Source of the DNA: Candidatus Iainarchaeum sp.
Lineage (GTDB): Archaea; Iainarchaeota; Iainarchaeia; Iainarchaeales; UBA10191
Direction of reading: 5' to 3'
DNA length: 22,726 nucleotides
Assembly (NCBI GenBank): GCA_030649735.1
Contig: JAUSFL010000025.1
Coordinates: forward strand, 1 to 22,726
This document shows positions 9,201-17,607 of this stretch, one piece after another (the stretch's first letter is position 1; each line of letters starts with the position of its first letter). Below the pieces are notes generated by a model. It made no database searches. It worked only from the letters and a program-made list of their open reading frames with translations, and had not been told where the DNA came from. A program made the position numbers and the translations under genes.

Positions 9201-12200
9201 TTTGTTTTCAACTGACGGCAATTTTGCATTGGAGTTTTACTCAGTGGACAATGCCTTCAATTTTGAATCTGCCAAAATAGCATTTGTTCTGATTGACAAG
9301 ATTTCTCCCGCAACAATTTCCGATGCTAACAGTAATTGGCAGAATTTTGATGCTGGTGTTTCTTTAGCTTGCATTGATGATTGGTCAGGTTGTGCTTTGA
9401 CTCAGTTCAGGGTTGATTCCGACGCTTCAAATAGTGCCAGCTTTGGAGCTTGGCAGGCTTATTCTAACCCAATATTGTTTTCTGCAGATGGTAATTTTGC
9501 TTTAGACTTTAATTCTATAGATAATGCCGGCAATGTTGAAGCTACTAAAAGAGTTTTTGTTTTAATTGACAAGACTGCTCCGTTAACGATTTCTGACATT
9601 AATTCAGCTTGGCAGAATTTTGATGCCAACGTGCACCTGACTTGCTTTGACGCTAATTCTGGCTGTGCTTTAACGCAATATCGTCTTGACATTGACTCGG
9701 GTTCGGTAATTAGTTTTGGGGCTTGGCAGAATTATTCTAGCCTGATTTTGATTTCTAGTGATGGAAACTTTGCTTTGGATTTCAATTCTACAGACAATGC
9801 AGGCAATGTTGAATTGACAAAGCATGCTTTTGTTTTGATTGACAAGAATGCTCCAAGCGTTTCAGCAGTTAGTCTTTCTGGAGCTCAAAGTTTTGCAAAC
9901 TTCATTAATGGAAATTCTGTGAATTGGAGTGCGGCTGTTTCTGATGCGGCTTCTGGATTAAACCCCGCAACTTGTGAAACTTCAAGCACTGTTTCTTGGA
10001 CTGCAGGAAATTACTCTGCAGGAAATTGCTTTACCTTAATTCCAATTTCAATAAATAATGGCACAAATTACCAGTTTGGCGTCAGAATTAGAGACAATGT
10101 TTCAAACCAAGGCCAGAGTTTGACAATGTCATACACTGGAGACACTGCTGCTCCAACAACAACTGCTTCTGGCTGTCCTTTAGGCTGGAATAATTCCAAT
10201 CAAACAATTGCTTTAGCTTGTAGTGACAGTTCTGGCTCTGGCTGTTCCCTAACACGATACAGAATTGATGGCGGTGTTTGGCAGTCTGGAAATTCAATTT
10301 CTTTGACAACTGACGGAAACCACAAGGTTGACTTTAATTCTTCAGACAATTTGGGAAATTATGAAGTTCTAAAAACAATTTATTGTGCAGTTGACAAATT
10401 CCCGCCTTCGATTCCATCACTTAATGCTGGAGCAATAACAAATTCTTCAATTGAAGTTATTGCTTCAGGTTCGGTTGATTCTTTAAGCGGCTTGCATGCC
10501 TTGCCGTACTGGTTTGAAGAATATGTAACAAGCCCCAGCAATTCTGGTTGGCAAGCATCAAGCTGGATAAAGTCAAGCTTGAATCCAAACACGCAATATT
10601 TTTTCAATGTTAAAGCAAGAGATTCCGCAAATAACGAAGCCGGTTATGGTTGGCTTCAAAAATTTACCTTAGCAAACAACCCTAGAATTGTGTCAGTTTC
10701 CTGCAGCATTAGTTCTTGCAGTGTTTATTTTGACTCAAATGGCAACCCAGACACTGAATATTATATTGATGAGAATTCTGGAAATCCAGGCGGCAGTGAT
10801 TTGCAATGGAATGTTATTGTTTCGCCCTATGGTGATTCAGGCCTTAGTGCTGGAACACAATACTGTTATCAAATCAAAGCAAGAAATGGCAACCAGGCTG
10901 AAACTGTTTTTTCAACCCTGGTTTGTGCTACTACTGTAATTACAGCTCCAGTTCTTTCAGCAACTGCTCAAACAACCAAACCAATTAATAGTTCTCAAGG
11001 AGCGGTGAGTTTAAGCTGGAGCGATATTACTGGAGAAACTTCATACACTGCTTACAGAAGCGTTAATGGGGTAAATTATGCAAGAATTCTTTCAGGAGAT
11101 TGTGCAAGCACTCCAGCAAATGACATTGCTTGCTTGGATGATATTTTAAGTGATAACAATTTATACTATTACAAAATTCAAGCCAATTCTGCAGGAGGAG
11201 ACATTAACAGCAATGTTGCAGCAGCTTTCACTCCGGACAGGACGCAGCCAGAAAATTTTACTTTAAGCGTTGCAGCAAATAATTCATTGAACAGGGAAGA
11301 GCTTTCTTGGACTCAAGCCACAGACAACAACACTCCGCAAGCAAGCATTGACTATAACATTTTCAAAAGCCTTGACGGAGTTTCTTTCAATTACTTAAAC
11401 CACCTTGTTGGCTCTGCAGCCTTTAATGATGCTTCAGCGAAAGATTTTAACGCGCCTAACTCAACAAGCATTTCCGCAATTAATTCAAATTCTCCAGCAA
11501 GTATCAGCCTTAATTGGAACGCTTCCGCAGATAATGGAAGCAATTACTATTATTACCTGTCGGCAATTGACTGGCAGAAGAACTGGCGCAGCAGTAATTC
11601 AGGCAATGCAATTGTGGCAACTGGATTGAAAGGCTATTATGCAAGAAACACTACTTCAAGCACTGAAGCATTCACTTCTTTGACTAATTCCTCATTTTCT
11701 GGCCTAACTGCAAATTCGCAGTACTGCTTTACAGTAAAAGCACAGGATAATGCAGACAACAATTCCACAGCAAGCTCTCAATTATGCACTTTCACTCTTG
11801 CAAACAAGCCAAGAATTCTTTCAGTCTCTTGCGCTGTGAATGACTGCACTGTTTCAATAGACTTGAACAACAATCCTTTAGGGACTGACTTGAATGTTGG
11901 AATTGTGCAAGGAGCTGCGAACGGGGGAAGTGATTCTGGCTGGTTTGCTTCAAGCTCTAATCCAGAAACTTTCATTGATTCTGGCTTGCAGCCCGGAACT
12001 CAATACTGCTATGTAGTGAAAGCAAGGAATGGCAATTCAATTCTTACTGCAAGCTCTCAGCAAGCTTGCGGAACAACTGCTCTTTCAGGCAGCATTGTTT
12101 TAACAGCAACTGCTCAATCCAACAAGCCTAAGAATTCTTCTTTGGGAAGAATCACTTTAAGCTGGAATGACATTAGTGGAGAAATAGGTTATGATGTTTT

Positions 12201-15200
12201 CAGAAGCTTGAATGGAATTTCATTTTCCAAAATAGCCTCAAGCCTTCCCGCAAATTCAACAAGTTATGACAATGACAATTTGAACGATAATAATTCATAC
12301 TATTATAAAGTGCAGGCTATTTCGAGCACTTCTCCAATTGGAGACATGAATTCTAACACCGCCAGCGCTGTAACTCTTGACAGGACATCACCAAGCGCAG
12401 TAAGCAATTTGGCGGCTTCTTACATTGTGAATCAATCCAATCTTTCATGGACTCAAGCAACTGATAATTCCACTCCTCAATCAAGCATTGACTATAATAT
12501 TTTGCGTTCTTTGAGCGGAATTGTTTACAATAGAATTGGCGCAGTTAGAGGGCAAGGAAATTATTCTGACACTACTGCAAGAGACAATGCTGCTCCGCAA
12601 GCGCCAAGCTTGCCTTTAGTTAATGCAGATTCTAATGTCCAACTTACAGTTTCTTGGGCTTTGGTTGCGGACAATGGAAACAGTTATTACTTCAAGCTTA
12701 ATGCTGTTGATGCACAGCAGAATGATTCAAATTCTAACACATCCTTGGTTAATGCTGTTTCTGGATTGAAAGATTATAATGTTTTAACTTCTGGCGGAGC
12801 TTCAAGAATAGACTCTAACAATATCCCGAATGGTTTAAGGCTTTCTGGCTTAAACCCTAACATTAATTACTGCTTCCAAATTGCTGCAAGAGACAATGCG
12901 TTAAATTTAAGCCCTTACTCTGCACAAGCCTGCAAGTTCACTCTAGCCAATATTCCAATCATTAACGGAGTTTCTTGCAATACTTCAAGCTGTAATGCAA
13001 GCTTTAACCTTGCTGGAAATCCTGCAGGCACTCAATACTTCATTGACGAAATCACTGGAAATTCTGGCGGAACAGATTTTGGCTGGAGTACAGCAGCTTC
13101 TCCTTATGTTGATTCTGGCTTGCTTGAGGCAACGCAGTATTGTTACAGGATTAAGGCAAGGAATTTAGAGAGTGTTGAAACAGCTTTCTCCCAGCAAGTT
13201 TGCTCTACTACAGGAAGCACTCCAATAGCTTGCAGCAATGATGTGCAATGCAGTGATAGCAATTCTTACACGCAAGACTCGTGCATTAATCCAGGAACTC
13301 CGCAGTCTTACTGCTCTTATCAGCCGATAGCTTGCATTTCAAGCACTGACTGCAATGATGCCAACGCGCATACTTTTGACTCGTGCATTAATCCAGGCAC
13401 TATACAATCTTACTGTTCTTTTGAAAGCATTGCGTGCCTTACTGATTCAGAATGCGATGACAGCAATCCTTCAACAACAGACTCTTGCACTAATGCAGGC
13501 ACTCCATCAGCTTACTGCACTAACAATCTAACGCAATACTGCGGCAATGGAGCAATTGATTCAGGCGAGCAATGTGATGGCGTGAACTTGAATTCTCAAA
13601 CTTGCCAGTTTTTAGGCTTTAGCACTGGCAGTTTAGCTTGCAATGCAAACTGTACTTTCAATACTTCACAATGCATTACAGCCCCAGTGTTAAGATTGTT
13701 TTTGCCTTTAGAGCAGAATGCTCTTGACTCTTCAGCCTTTAACAATAACGGAACTTTGCTTGGAAACTCAAGAATTGCTGATGATGCAACTCGCGGAAAA
13801 GTGTTAAAGCTTGACGGAACAGCAAACTCTTATGTTAGAATTGCAGACAATGCAAGCTTGGATTTTGGAAACCAAAACTTTACAGTAATGGCCTGGGCGA
13901 AAACAAGCAACAAACTACAGCAGTTCTTGCTTGCAAAAACATACTTTGATGCTGCTCCAGGCTATGGGTTTTACAGGGAACAGGTTTACTTGAGCAATGG
14001 CCAATGGTGGAATCAAGGCGATGCTGACAGCAACAAGCCTCATTTTGCAGCTTCGGGCTCTCCTTTAGACTCTAACGACTGGCGTGATGGAAAATGGCAT
14101 CACGTTGCTGCTGTTTTTAACAGAGAGCAGAAAAGAATTGACATTTTCATTGACTCGCAGTTAAAGACTTCCTGGCGTTACTGGAATCCAGCAAAAGAAT
14201 CAAGCATTGACAATGACTTGGACTTGCTGATTGGAGCAGGCTATGCGCCTTACATTAGAGAGCCATCACAGCACGGCACTGTTTCAGGATTTTATTATGA
14301 CGGTTCAGTAGACAATGTTAGAATTTACGACAAGACTTTAACGCAAGCTCAAATTCAAGAAGTTTATACTGCAGAATTTTTGCCTGAAGCCCCAGCATCT
14401 TGCGGCAATGGAATTGCTGACGCTAACGAGCAGTGCGATTTGCAAGATTTGGCTGGCAAATCATGCAATTCTTTGGGCTTTGATTTAGGCGGAAGCCTTT
14501 CATGCACTGCTTCCTGCAGGCTTAACACTTCACAATGCAGTGAATCACCTAACTTGATTTTGAACGGAAGCTTTGCAGACTGGAACAACAGCAAGCCCGA
14601 CATTTGGTATTGGATATGGGCAGCAGGCAATGGGACCATTGAACAGTCAACAGACTCTTTTGACGCAAGCCCAGCATTCAAGCTGACTTCCAAGCAGACT
14701 TACATTGGCGTTACTTCAAACTTGATTGATGTCTTGCCTGGAGACAATGTTACTTTGATATTCAGCACTAAAGTTTTGACGCCCGGCCAGAATTACTGGG
14801 CAAAGATTTCAAGCACTGACTGGAACCAGCAGTGGTATTTGCAGGGCGGCTCTCCTGACTGGAGCGTGAAAACAATTACAGCAACTGTTCCGCAAAATCT
14901 TCGCAAGCTTGTAGTGCAGCTTGGAATAGGGCCAACAAATGACATTAACACTTCAGTATTGTTTGATGCAGTAAAATTCAGGATTAACAGGCCGCAGCCA
15001 GTTTGCGGCAATGGAGTCATTGAAGGAACTGAAAGATGCGATTCAGCAAACTTGAATAATAATTCTTGCAATTCTTTAGGGTTTGACTTGGGCGGAACAT
15101 TAACGTGCTCTCCAGCATGCGATTTTGACACTGCATTATGCAATGCTTCGCAATCGCTGGTCTTGAACGGCGGCTTTGAGCAATGGCAGAACAGCCTGCC

Positions 15201-15603
15201 TTTGAATTGGGGCAAGGCATACTGTGTTTATGGCCCGCAAGATACTGTAGTGCAGCAATCAACTGATGCTTTTGAAGGAAGCCTTGCAGTGAAGGTTTCT
15301 TCGACTGCGCCTTATTGTGGAATTTACTCCCAGCAAATTGACGTGAATTCTGGGCAAACACTCACTTTGACTTTTAGAGCGCGTTCTGGAACTGTTGGAA
15401 ACACTTACTGGGGCAGGATTGCAAGCTCTGATTACCAGCATCAGGCTTTTGTTGAGGACTGGGGGCATGAGTGGGAGTCAAACACAGTCAATTTTGTTGT
15501 CCCGCAAGGCGTGAGCAAGGTTTACATACAATTAGGCGCTGGCTATACTAATGGAATTCCAACAACAACCTTTTTTGATAACTTGCGCGTGAGAAAATCA
15601 TAA
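6238..15603 (+). CDS. Giant S8 (subtilisin-like) serine protease / adhesin, ~3120 aa
   Basis: ORF open from 6211; TTG 6238 preferred because of the SD-like site. N-terminal hydrophobic helix, Gly/Ser linker, Ig-like domain, propeptide-like region. Intact triad LDTG (D 7300), GHGSHVAG (H 7417), GTSMSAPHV (S 8545) and oxyanion SAGN. Then 91-aa Ig-like repeats, FN3-like repeats (W...Y.Y.IKARN), Cys-rich repeats, a LamG-like domain (DGKWHHVAAVF...GSVDNVRIY, ~13690-14370) and two CBM4/9-like domains (NL.LNG.F...FD). Confidence 0.93.
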   Translation: MDSAVSKLLIASFLVIASIAVLLFFVQPQPTALVTAVSQQIPETVFNESKAVPNGSLQTENSDSDSSQLASTGLSEAGQDSGSKGQKNPGIPGSGAGAGLGGGAGSSSSSTGLQPNSIPPVINPPASASSLSSEFAAVFSPSIEEVSLAEGETASFSASPNKDANFEWQLDGMQISSEKNFAFKTMQGFEGSYFLQAFARNGNEMKFKSWNITVKKPSGGYTVASQASTEDLNALKKLHSSLKQFLLSAPSIPQTVILTVRKGSAESIVNQLKNIGINDANIIPPGVLIAVRLSPSRFLQLAKISGLDFLNPNFKYSAMETVNPNISQVGAPLVWAKVLNDKNITGKGVKVGVLDTGINSRNAYLGYRVGLKIVFYDPWGYGPLRPEDALGTGHGSHVAGIVAGGKQGTRVDYNWNYFVGDYGLFALINSKIILVDSLGFTFDRNFESGSWDVNYDIIKSTDSLRCTLSNQTTCSETYPYNIGTGTIAATLPADGNLNLWVYFSNPASLKEINIYLGTNSSNYRLFKQDSGLPASPGWFKANFNINQPYSSIGSLTAGNPLNYSKAQTVYSVPVSTQDFFDYLVIQPAYCRHNASTDLLECSQVHDINSIGIAPDANIWNITVMDELGNGDVSAITGAMLWAADQGIKVQNLSLGRAANDPNDPIVLQMKALHDFNYDVSFVVSAGNCGNEGPDPNCGSYRGITTPGISQDAITVAAVDSSNQKAGFSSSGEGVLGKPDLAAPGVNINSGFRINPYYYASDTTAVFSGTSMSAPHVTGAVALMLQAKPDLNWQEVKNFLSLSAKDLGPQGFDVNYGWGLLDLNSLWKPRPVFSQNPAFWSAEVGSFADFNVSLANNGFGDLNVTGIIPSSPRIQAWLDSNNVSAFSSTLLNVKVDSNNAWGGFNGIVHFENLGGSFDLNIYGSFYELNPPVTTSDINDGVWRAFDANVHLACNDGNASSGCAWTNYRLDSNPSSGTSFGGWQPYSGPILFSTDGNFALEFYSVDNAFNFESAKIAFVLIDKISPATISDANSNWQNFDAGVSLACIDDWSGCALTQFRVDSDASNSASFGAWQAYSNPILFSADGNFALDFNSIDNAGNVEATKRVFVLIDKTAPLTISDINSAWQNFDANVHLTCFDANSGCALTQYRLDIDSGSVISFGAWQNYSSLILISSDGNFALDFNSTDNAGNVELTKHAFVLIDKNAPSVSAVSLSGAQSFANFINGNSVNWSAAVSDAASGLNPATCETSSTVSWTAGNYSAGNCFTLIPISINNGTNYQFGVRIRDNVSNQGQSLTMSYTGDTAAPTTTASGCPLGWNNSNQTIALACSDSSGSGCSLTRYRIDGGVWQSGNSISLTTDGNHKVDFNSSDNLGNYEVLKTIYCAVDKFPPSIPSLNAGAITNSSIEVIASGSVDSLSGLHALPYWFEEYVTSPSNSGWQASSWIKSSLNPNTQYFFNVKARDSANNEAGYGWLQKFTLANNPRIVSVSCSISSCSVYFDSNGNPDTEYYIDENSGNPGGSDLQWNVIVSPYGDSGLSAGTQYCYQIKARNGNQAETVFSTLVCATTVITAPVLSATAQTTKPINSSQGAVSLSWSDITGETSYTAYRSVNGVNYARILSGDCASTPANDIACLDDILSDNNLYYYKIQANSAGGDINSNVAAAFTPDRTQPENFTLSVAANNSLNREELSWTQATDNNTPQASIDYNIFKSLDGVSFNYLNHLVGSAAFNDASAKDFNAPNSTSISAINSNSPASISLNWNASADNGSNYYYYLSAIDWQKNWRSSNSGNAIVATGLKGYYARNTTSSTEAFTSLTNSSFSGLTANSQYCFTVKAQDNADNNSTASSQLCTFTLANKPRILSVSCAVNDCTVSIDLNNNPLGTDLNVGIVQGAANGGSDSGWFASSSNPETFIDSGLQPGTQYCYVVKARNGNSILTASSQQACGTTALSGSIVLTATAQSNKPKNSSLGRITLSWNDISGEIGYDVFRSLNGISFSKIASSLPANSTSYDNDNLNDNNSYYYKVQAISSTSPIGDMNSNTASAVTLDRTSPSAVSNLAASYIVNQSNLSWTQATDNSTPQSSIDYNILRSLSGIVYNRIGAVRGQGNYSDTTARDNAAPQAPSLPLVNADSNVQLTVSWALVADNGNSYYFKLNAVDAQQNDSNSNTSLVNAVSGLKDYNVLTSGGASRIDSNNIPNGLRLSGLNPNINYCFQIAARDNALNLSPYSAQACKFTLANIPIINGVSCNTSSCNASFNLAGNPAGTQYFIDEITGNSGGTDFGWSTAASPYVDSGLLEATQYCYRIKARNLESVETAFSQQVCSTTGSTPIACSNDVQCSDSNSYTQDSCINPGTPQSYCSYQPIACISSTDCNDANAHTFDSCINPGTIQSYCSFESIACLTDSECDDSNPSTTDSCTNAGTPSAYCTNNLTQYCGNGAIDSGEQCDGVNLNSQTCQFLGFSTGSLACNANCTFNTSQCITAPVLRLFLPLEQNALDSSAFNNNGTLLGNSRIADDATRGKVLKLDGTANSYVRIADNASLDFGNQNFTVMAWAKTSNKLQQFLLAKTYFDAAPGYGFYREQVYLSNGQWWNQGDADSNKPHFAASGSPLDSNDWRDGKWHHVAAVFNREQKRIDIFIDSQLKTSWRYWNPAKESSIDNDLDLLIGAGYAPYIREPSQHGTVSGFYYDGSVDNVRIYDKTLTQAQIQEVYTAEFLPEAPASCGNGIADANEQCDLQDLAGKSCNSLGFDLGGSLSCTASCRLNTSQCSESPNLILNGSFADWNNSKPDIWYWIWAAGNGTIEQSTDSFDASPAFKLTSKQTYIGVTSNLIDVLPGDNVTLIFSTKVLTPGQNYWAKISSTDWNQQWYLQGGSPDWSVKTITATVPQNLRKLVVQLGIGPTNDINTSVLFDAVKFRINRPQPVCGNGVIEGTERCDSANLNNNSCNSLGFDLGGTLTCSPACDFDTALCNASQSLVLNGGFEQWQNSLPLNWGKAYCVYGPQDTVVQQSTDAFEGSLAVKVSSTAPYCGIYSQQIDVNSGQTLTLTFRARSGTVGNTYWGRIASSDYQHQAFVEDWGHEWESNTVNFVVPQGVSKVYIQLGAGYTNGIPTTTFFDNLRVRKS
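9022..9846 (+). repeat. Three tandem ~91-aa (273 bp) Ig-like repeats; a fourth diverged copy at ~10141-10398
   Basis: Repeated P.T.SD.N..W..FDA.V.L.C.D..SGCA.T.YR.D...FG.WQ.YS..IL.S.DGNFAL.F.S.DNA.N.E..K..FVLIDK. Confidence 0.92.
10663..13215 (+). repeat. FN3-like super-repeat, ~376-382 aa period, about 2.2 copies
   Basis: FTLAN.P.I..VSC recurs at 10663, 11791 and 12937. SWTQATDN.TPQ.SIDYNI and TQYCY..KARN recur in register. Confidence 0.88.
13225..13527 (+). repeat. Three tandem 34-aa (102 bp) four-Cys repeats
   Basis: IAC.....C.D.N..T.DSC.N.GT...YC starting at 13225, 13327 and 13429. Confidence 0.92.
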
Positions 15604-15637
15604 AGCTTAAAGCAAATTCTCCAAATTTCCAAGATAG

Positions 15638-15660
15638 TAATTGCTTTATCAAAGCAATTA
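15638..15660. terminator. Perfect inverted repeat between convergent genes
   Basis: TAATTGCTTT-ATC-AAAGCAATTA (10-bp arms), followed by T-rich sequence, between the protease stop (15603) and the nadA stop (15690). Confidence 0.45.
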
Positions 15661-15689
15661 GGCCTTTTCGCTTGCTTTTTGCATTTCTT

Positions 15690-16595
15690 TCAAACACCCA
15701 CTTCCAGCATTTTTTCCAACGCGTTCCTTGCTTGCTGGAATAATCTTTTTGGGATTTTTACCTCATTTTTTTCATGTTTTAACGCATCAAGCACTGACTG
15801 AAGTGTTGTTTTTTTCATCTGCCTGCACACGGCATTAATGCCGTAAAATCTTTTTTCCGGAACTTCCTTCATGAGCCTTGAAACCATGTTTTTTTCAGTC
15901 ACTATGATGAATTCTTTCTCTTCAGATTCTTTTGCTTTAGAAATCATTTGGCTTGTAGAGCAAACAAAATCAGCAATTTCTTGTATTTCTTTCCTGCATT
16001 CCGGATGCGCTAAAACCACGGCGTTTTTTCTTTTGTTTTTAATCTCTTGGACTTGTTCCAAGCTGATGCGGTCGTGAACGCAGCAAAACCCAGGCCAGGC
16101 GATTATTTTCTTTTCAGTCTTGGGTTTTACAAAATCAGCCAAATTTTTGTCAGGAACAAAAATTATTTCCGCATTAGGCAAAGAATTGACTACTTTGGCG
16201 GCGTTTGCTGAAGTGCAGCAAGCGTCAGATTCTGCTTTTGTCTCGGCATTAGTGTTCACATAGCTTACAACAGCGGCTTTTGGGTGCTGTTTTCTCAATT
16301 CCTTGATTTCTTCACTGCAGATCATTTTAGCCATTGGACAGCTTGCTGAGCTTTCGGGAAGTAGGACTTTCTTTTCAGGATTGAGGAGTTTTGCTGTTTC
16401 AGCCATGAAGTCAACGCCGCAAAACACGATCATTTTAGAACTTGTTGCTGCCGCGGCTTTTGAAAGCTCAAAAGAGTCGCCAATAATGTCTGCAACTTTG
16501 TATATTTTCTTGTTCTGGTAGTTGTGCACTAGGATTATTGCATTTTTTTCTTTCTTCAATCTTTTAATCTCATTAATTATTTCTCCATCTTTCAA
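15690..16595 (-). CDS. nadA: Quinolinate synthase A
   Basis: HNYQ, GDS, FCGVDFMAE, YVNT, PDKNL and HPEC motifs; three [4Fe-4S] Cys ligands (SCPMA, FCCVH, VCRQMK). Start moved from 16628 to TTG 16595 because GGGGTGG lies just upstream. Confidence 0.95.
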   Translation of the reverse strand: MKDGEIINEIKRLKKEKNAIILVHNYQNKKIYKVADIIGDSFELSKAAAATSSKMIVFCGVDFMAETAKLLNPEKKVLLPESSASCPMAKMICSEEIKELRKQHPKAAVVSYVNTNAETKAESDACCTSANAAKVVNSLPNAEIIFVPDKNLADFVKPKTEKKIIAWPGFCCVHDRISLEQVQEIKNKRKNAVVLAHPECRKEIQEIADFVCSTSQMISKAKESEEKEFIIVTEKNMVSRLMKEVPEKRFYGINAVCRQMKKTTLQSVLDALKHEKNEVKIPKRLFQQARNALEKMLEVGV

Positions 16596-16646
16596 AAAAA
16601 CCACCCCAGAATCATCATCCTTAATCAAACTAGTATACCGGCCTGT

Positions 16647-17399
16647 TCAATAAAGATTCTTCAATTTCCCGAAATAATAGCTTTTTCCTTTTTCCACAGC
16701 CCAGGCTTCAAAGTTTTCCAGATTAGTTTCCAAAAAAGGGCTTAATGGAATTTCATTAAGCACATCGCTTCCTTCACTGAAAGAATTAAAGCTAGGCAAA
16801 ACAATCAATGCTTTCTTTCCGAACTTTCCTTTCAAAAAGCACTTGAATTTTTCAGCCTTTGCTCCCTCACGGATTGTAATTGCAGGATGCTCGTGGCCAA
16901 TAATCACTATTTTTGCCTTTTTGAACTCCGCGTTTTCTTTTTTTGGAATTTTGTCCCCATGCAAGAACAGCATTCTTTCCCGCTTGATGAAAAAGCTTTC
17001 CTGCACTTCCAGGCTTTCCCAAAAAGCCAAAGGCCCCAAAACATTGTCATGGTTTCCTTTCAGCAACACAACGCGCTTGCAGTGCTTCTGGAGCAAGCGC
17101 AAGAACTCAAGCACTTCTTTCCATTCCTGCTCGTTGATTGTCCCGAACTCGTGCTTCAAGTCCCCGCAAATCACTATTGTTTCAAGCCTTTGCTTTCTTT
17201 TCCTTTCAATCTCCGCAAAAATAGCGTTTGTTCTTTCAATTGTTTCCTTAAAGTTGAAGTTTGGCAATAGAACGCCTTTCTTTTGGAACTCGAATTCCAT
17301 TCCCAAATGCAAGTCTGCAATCGCCAAGAGCTTCAGCTTTGGAAGCCATAAAGCCAAGTCAAGAATTTCCGCGTTTGGAAGGATTTTTTTTGAATTCAT
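16647..17399 (-). CDS. Calcineurin-like metallophosphoesterase (archaeal SbcD/Mre11-related phosphoesterase family)
   Basis: ADLHLG, GDLKH, GNHD, HGD, GHEHP and LPSFN motifs. The likely start is ATG 17399 (MNSKKIL...); the 64-codon upstream extension looks intergenic. Confidence 0.9.
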   Translation of the reverse strand: MNSKKILPNAEILDLALWLPKLKLLAIADLHLGMEFEFQKKGVLLPNFNFKETIERTNAIFAEIERKRKQRLETIVICGDLKHEFGTINEQEWKEVLEFLRLLQKHCKRVVLLKGNHDNVLGPLAFWESLEVQESFFIKRERMLFLHGDKIPKKENAEFKKAKIVIIGHEHPAITIREGAKAEKFKCFLKGKFGKKALIVLPSFNSFSEGSDVLNEIPLSPFLETNLENFEAWAVEKGKSYYFGKLKNLY

Positions 17400-17542
17400 G
17401 ATATTAATAAATAATTGGAAATCAATAATTAATAATGCTTCCAAAAATCCAAAAAGCCAGGCGTGTTGCCTTAAGGGCAAAAAACAAGGCAATGCCTTTC
17501 CTAGACTTGCAGAATTCAAGGCAATTGAAAATTTCAGGCTTT

Positions 17543-17555
17543 GCGTGACTTTTCC
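17543..17555 (+). repeat. 13-bp direct repeat, copy 1 (GCGTGACTTTTCC)
   Basis: Identical to 17965-17977. Confidence 0.9.
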
Positions 17556-17607
17556 AGAATCCATAAGGGTTAAATTCTTCCAAGGATTCATTTATTCAGT
17601 GTTTTGA

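Noticed and set aside
17400-17591. N-terminal extension of the metallophosphoesterase given in the ORF track
   Set aside because: Family similarity begins after ATG 17399; the extension is AT-rich promoter-like sequence.
16843-17607. 254-aa plus-strand ORF and other antisense or alternate-frame ORFs (e.g. 1876-2550, 6192-6788, 21526-22041)
   Set aside because: They are shadows of well-supported genes and carry no recognisable motifs.
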